NCBI GenBank assembly: GCA_040954595.2
Contig: CM082578.2
Location: 1,284,831-1,348,830 of the forward strand
Length of the DNA stretch: 64,000 nt
Source of the DNA: Balanoglossus misakiensis
Taxonomy: Eukaryota; Animalia; Hemichordata
Direction of reading: 5' to 3'
Both the position numbers and the translations under genes were made by a program. Below the pieces are notes generated by a model. It did not search any database, was not told where the DNA came from, and worked only from the letters and a program-made list of their open reading frames with translations. The first letter of the stretch is position 1, and every line of letters begins with the position of its first letter. Below, piece by piece: positions 61,282-64,000 of this stretch.

Positions 61282-62204
61282 GTACTAGGTGTCGGAAATG
61301 GGTAAGCACACCCTTCCAGCATGCTACACCCGTTAAGACTGACCCAAAGAGACAGATTTAAGTTGAATTTGACTTAACTAACAAATTACTGTTGCAAGTC
61401 AAATCCATATTTTGACTTTATCTCTGACTGAGCGCAGGGAGTCTGAGAGACACTCCACGTCTTCCTCTTCACAAGCAGCCCACTTCAAGTTTCAGCAACA
61501 TCCATAATAGTCCTAAAGTTGAGGTGCCAGTTAAAATTAGATGGCTCGACACAATTTTTTGGACCAAACTGGAATAGCTGCCGAAGTTTGGTATTTCAAA
61601 TGATTGTCAGGTCACCTGTTTATTATATGACTGTGAGGTTTCTAACAAAAGGGAGATGACATACAATCACAAGTGTAAATCCAATATTGAACATTACTTA
61701 AAGGGACAAATTGTTCAAATCCTCTTTTGAGCTTATTTGGTCAATTTTGTTTGATATGAAATGTGCCTATTATGCTTTTTGACTTCTTTAAACATGCTTA
61801 AATACTGGCCAATAAATAACTCCACTATGTTTGAAATTAAACCAGATAGTACAATAATACATTCCAAATGTCATCTGTGATAACATCATGCTTTGGACTT
61901 TTTTACTTTATATATTACATAACATGTTACGGAGGGGGAGAGAGAGGTGAGGAAAGGAATGTGAAAAAGGAGAAGAAAAGCAAGAGGGCGGAAATGAGAA
62001 TGTCAGGATGGAAAGGGAATGAGGGGAGGACTTTGACAGAAGGGGAGGGGAGAGACCGAATAAGTGAAGGTGAAAGAGGAAGTGGTTAGACAGGAAGAAA
62101 GGGAAATTAAAGCTCAATCACCACCACCACCACCACCACAATCATCATCATCACCATCATTGCCATCATCATTCTGGAGGCATCGTGGCCTGTATTGGCC
62201 CATG

Positions 62205-62632
62205 GGCATCATGGGCCAAAAAAACTGATTCAGTGTAAATGTGCATAAACCACACTTTTGTACGAACTCCTGTAACCGGTGACGCAAGTCGTGAGTGAAT
62301 TTGTGGGCGTGTCGCGACCTTTTCTGTGAACGTGATGCAGAGTGATATATTGATGACCCCCAGCCACCCCCACACCCTTTGGTAACACACTTCTTAAACT
62401 TTCTTTACATAGAATGGACTTCTCAAACCTTCCTTACCAAAGTTCTGATTAAAGACATCTATCTTCTAGGGTACTACCAACAGCGTTTCACGTGACTGTA
62501 GACAAGCATCAAGTACCTGTACACAGACAAGGGCGTGCGCGCGTCCACAATAATTTAAAACGAATGTTTCCACCGCCGTGTGTTTTATGCACATAAACAC
62601 TGAATCAGCTTTAATATTGTCCCATGATGCCC
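62205..62632. mobile_element. Degenerate MITE (inverted arms)
   Basis: ggcatcatggg..ctgattcagtgt..gtgcataaa.cacac versus gtgtg.tttatgcac..acactgaatcag..cccatgatgcc. Confidence 0.55.
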
Positions 62633-63697
62633 CGTGAGTTGTCAGGGTACCAAACTGACAATGCTGGAGAAAAAATGAAGTGTTGACATGCATGTTGTTA
62701 AGGGGTTTCACAATGCATGTTGCGGACGCAGGTTTCTCTTAGCAATAGAGTAGAGGCGTAATGATGGGTTGATCTTGTGATTAAGAATTTTGGCAAAGAA
62801 ACAGAAATTGTGTCATTTAGTTTTGTATTAAACCCTATTCGCGTATTTTGTGTTAAAGCACGAAATACTGCAATAATGAGATACGGTAGTATTTAACACA
62901 TATCATATATGATATAATATAGCTTTATCAATACCAGTGAATTTTGTGACGTCATTGCTGTACATTTTTTTATCTTTTATTTAAAACGCACAATGTTACA
63001 TCAACAAATCAAAACAAGAAACGAACTGAAAACTCACATCATAGCTTCAAAATTTATTACACTTTCTGGATGGTTGCATGATTCCTAAGGCTTGTATACC
63101 TTCAACCTCAATGTCACGCGGGAGGATTGGTGTTGGGAATGTAACGGGGAATTAAACTCTATCGATGTGGATAACTCGCTTGGCTAATACTGAGAGGTAC
63201 CTATATGGAATCGTGCTGACGTCCAGATACATCGACACGAACACTGGGTATTTATGGTAGCAACTGAGAATATAAGAATTTAATGAAATAAACCTACTCG
63301 ACCACTTGCGTTCTGAGGACAAGAAGGACACAAATAGTCCGCCATCCAAAAGACCGTTCCAGCATTTTATTTTTACCCGCCAAAAGACGCGGAGATATAT
63401 TTTTAGATGAATGATCCATGTTGTATGCGCCACTTGTGAATTTTTGCGAGTGAGATTCACGGGCGTATGAGCACAATTTATACAAAATATGTTTATCGCT
63501 ATTAGAAAAACGTTCGCGTAGAATCAATGACGTCATGGTAAATTTTAGCTGCATGCTCCAATAGGGATGATAGGGAGACTACTTGTTGTAGAGCACCTGA
63601 AAATGTACGTATTTCGTCACTTCCTTTTCGCGAAATTTAATTCTTAACGGCATCTTAGTTTTAAGATTTGTGATTCCTTTTTTCTTCAGTTGTACAT

Positions 63698-64000
63698 TTG
63701 CATCACGGGATACTTCTTTGTAGACTATCGAACCTTGGCATCTCAGACACAGTACTAACATGGTTTACATCTTACCTTCAATATAGATATCAAACTGTAA
63801 TCATCGAAAACACTGCAAGTTCACAATCACCTCTCGTATACGGGGTGCCACTGCCCCTCTGTTGTTCACCATTTATATAGCCCCACTTTATAGTAAACCG
63901 ATTCGTCCCCACATCCTACAATTTCATCAGTACGCCGATGATAACCAGCGATACCTCGCCTTTTCCCATCAAGATTCAACCTCTGACGTTCCTGTCTTCT
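63698..64000 (+). mobile_element. Decayed CR1/L2-type LINE reverse-transcriptase fragment
   Basis: HGILLCRLSNLGISDTVLTWFTSYL..R.Q.V...YGVP, then PLLFTIY and HQYADD across frameshifts. Confidence 0.85.

Noticed and set aside
61930-62110. Purine-rich ORF 61868-62089
   Set aside because: Low-complexity GA-rich tract with no protein motifs or splice support.

Overview
AT-rich animal genomic DNA (probably a marine invertebrate; inference only). One large + strand multi-exon gene spans ~1360-59211, with its 5' end outside the window. It encodes an Uninflatable/SVEP1-like type I membrane protein: sushi, Ser/Thr mucin stalks, three expansin-like two-domain modules, HYR, GCC2/GCC3 Cys-rich repeats, EGF array, pentraxin/LamG, HYR, sushi, more Cys-rich/EGF, TM and an NPxY tail. 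The mucin/expansin block is a recent triplication lying inside the loop of a single split sushi domain. This copy looks decayed: stops, frameshifts and three exonic transposon insertions. Elements resolved from ends/TSDs: an intact piggyBac; an atypical piggyBac lacking clear TIRs and the Cys-rich domain but carrying 139- and 180-bp arrays; a CACTA element; a one-ended hAT-like element whose transposase intron holds an antisense copy of its own exon; a Crypton-like tyrosine-recombinase element; many MITEs; and a LINE RT fragment. Best candidate new systems: (i) the YR element and three non-autonomous elements share a split-palindrome end design whose hairpin is predicted to be stabilised on one DNA strand only (tandem CGAG/CGAG mismatches), suggesting folded-ssDNA recombination; (ii) degenerate expansin-like modules embedded in an animal surface protein.
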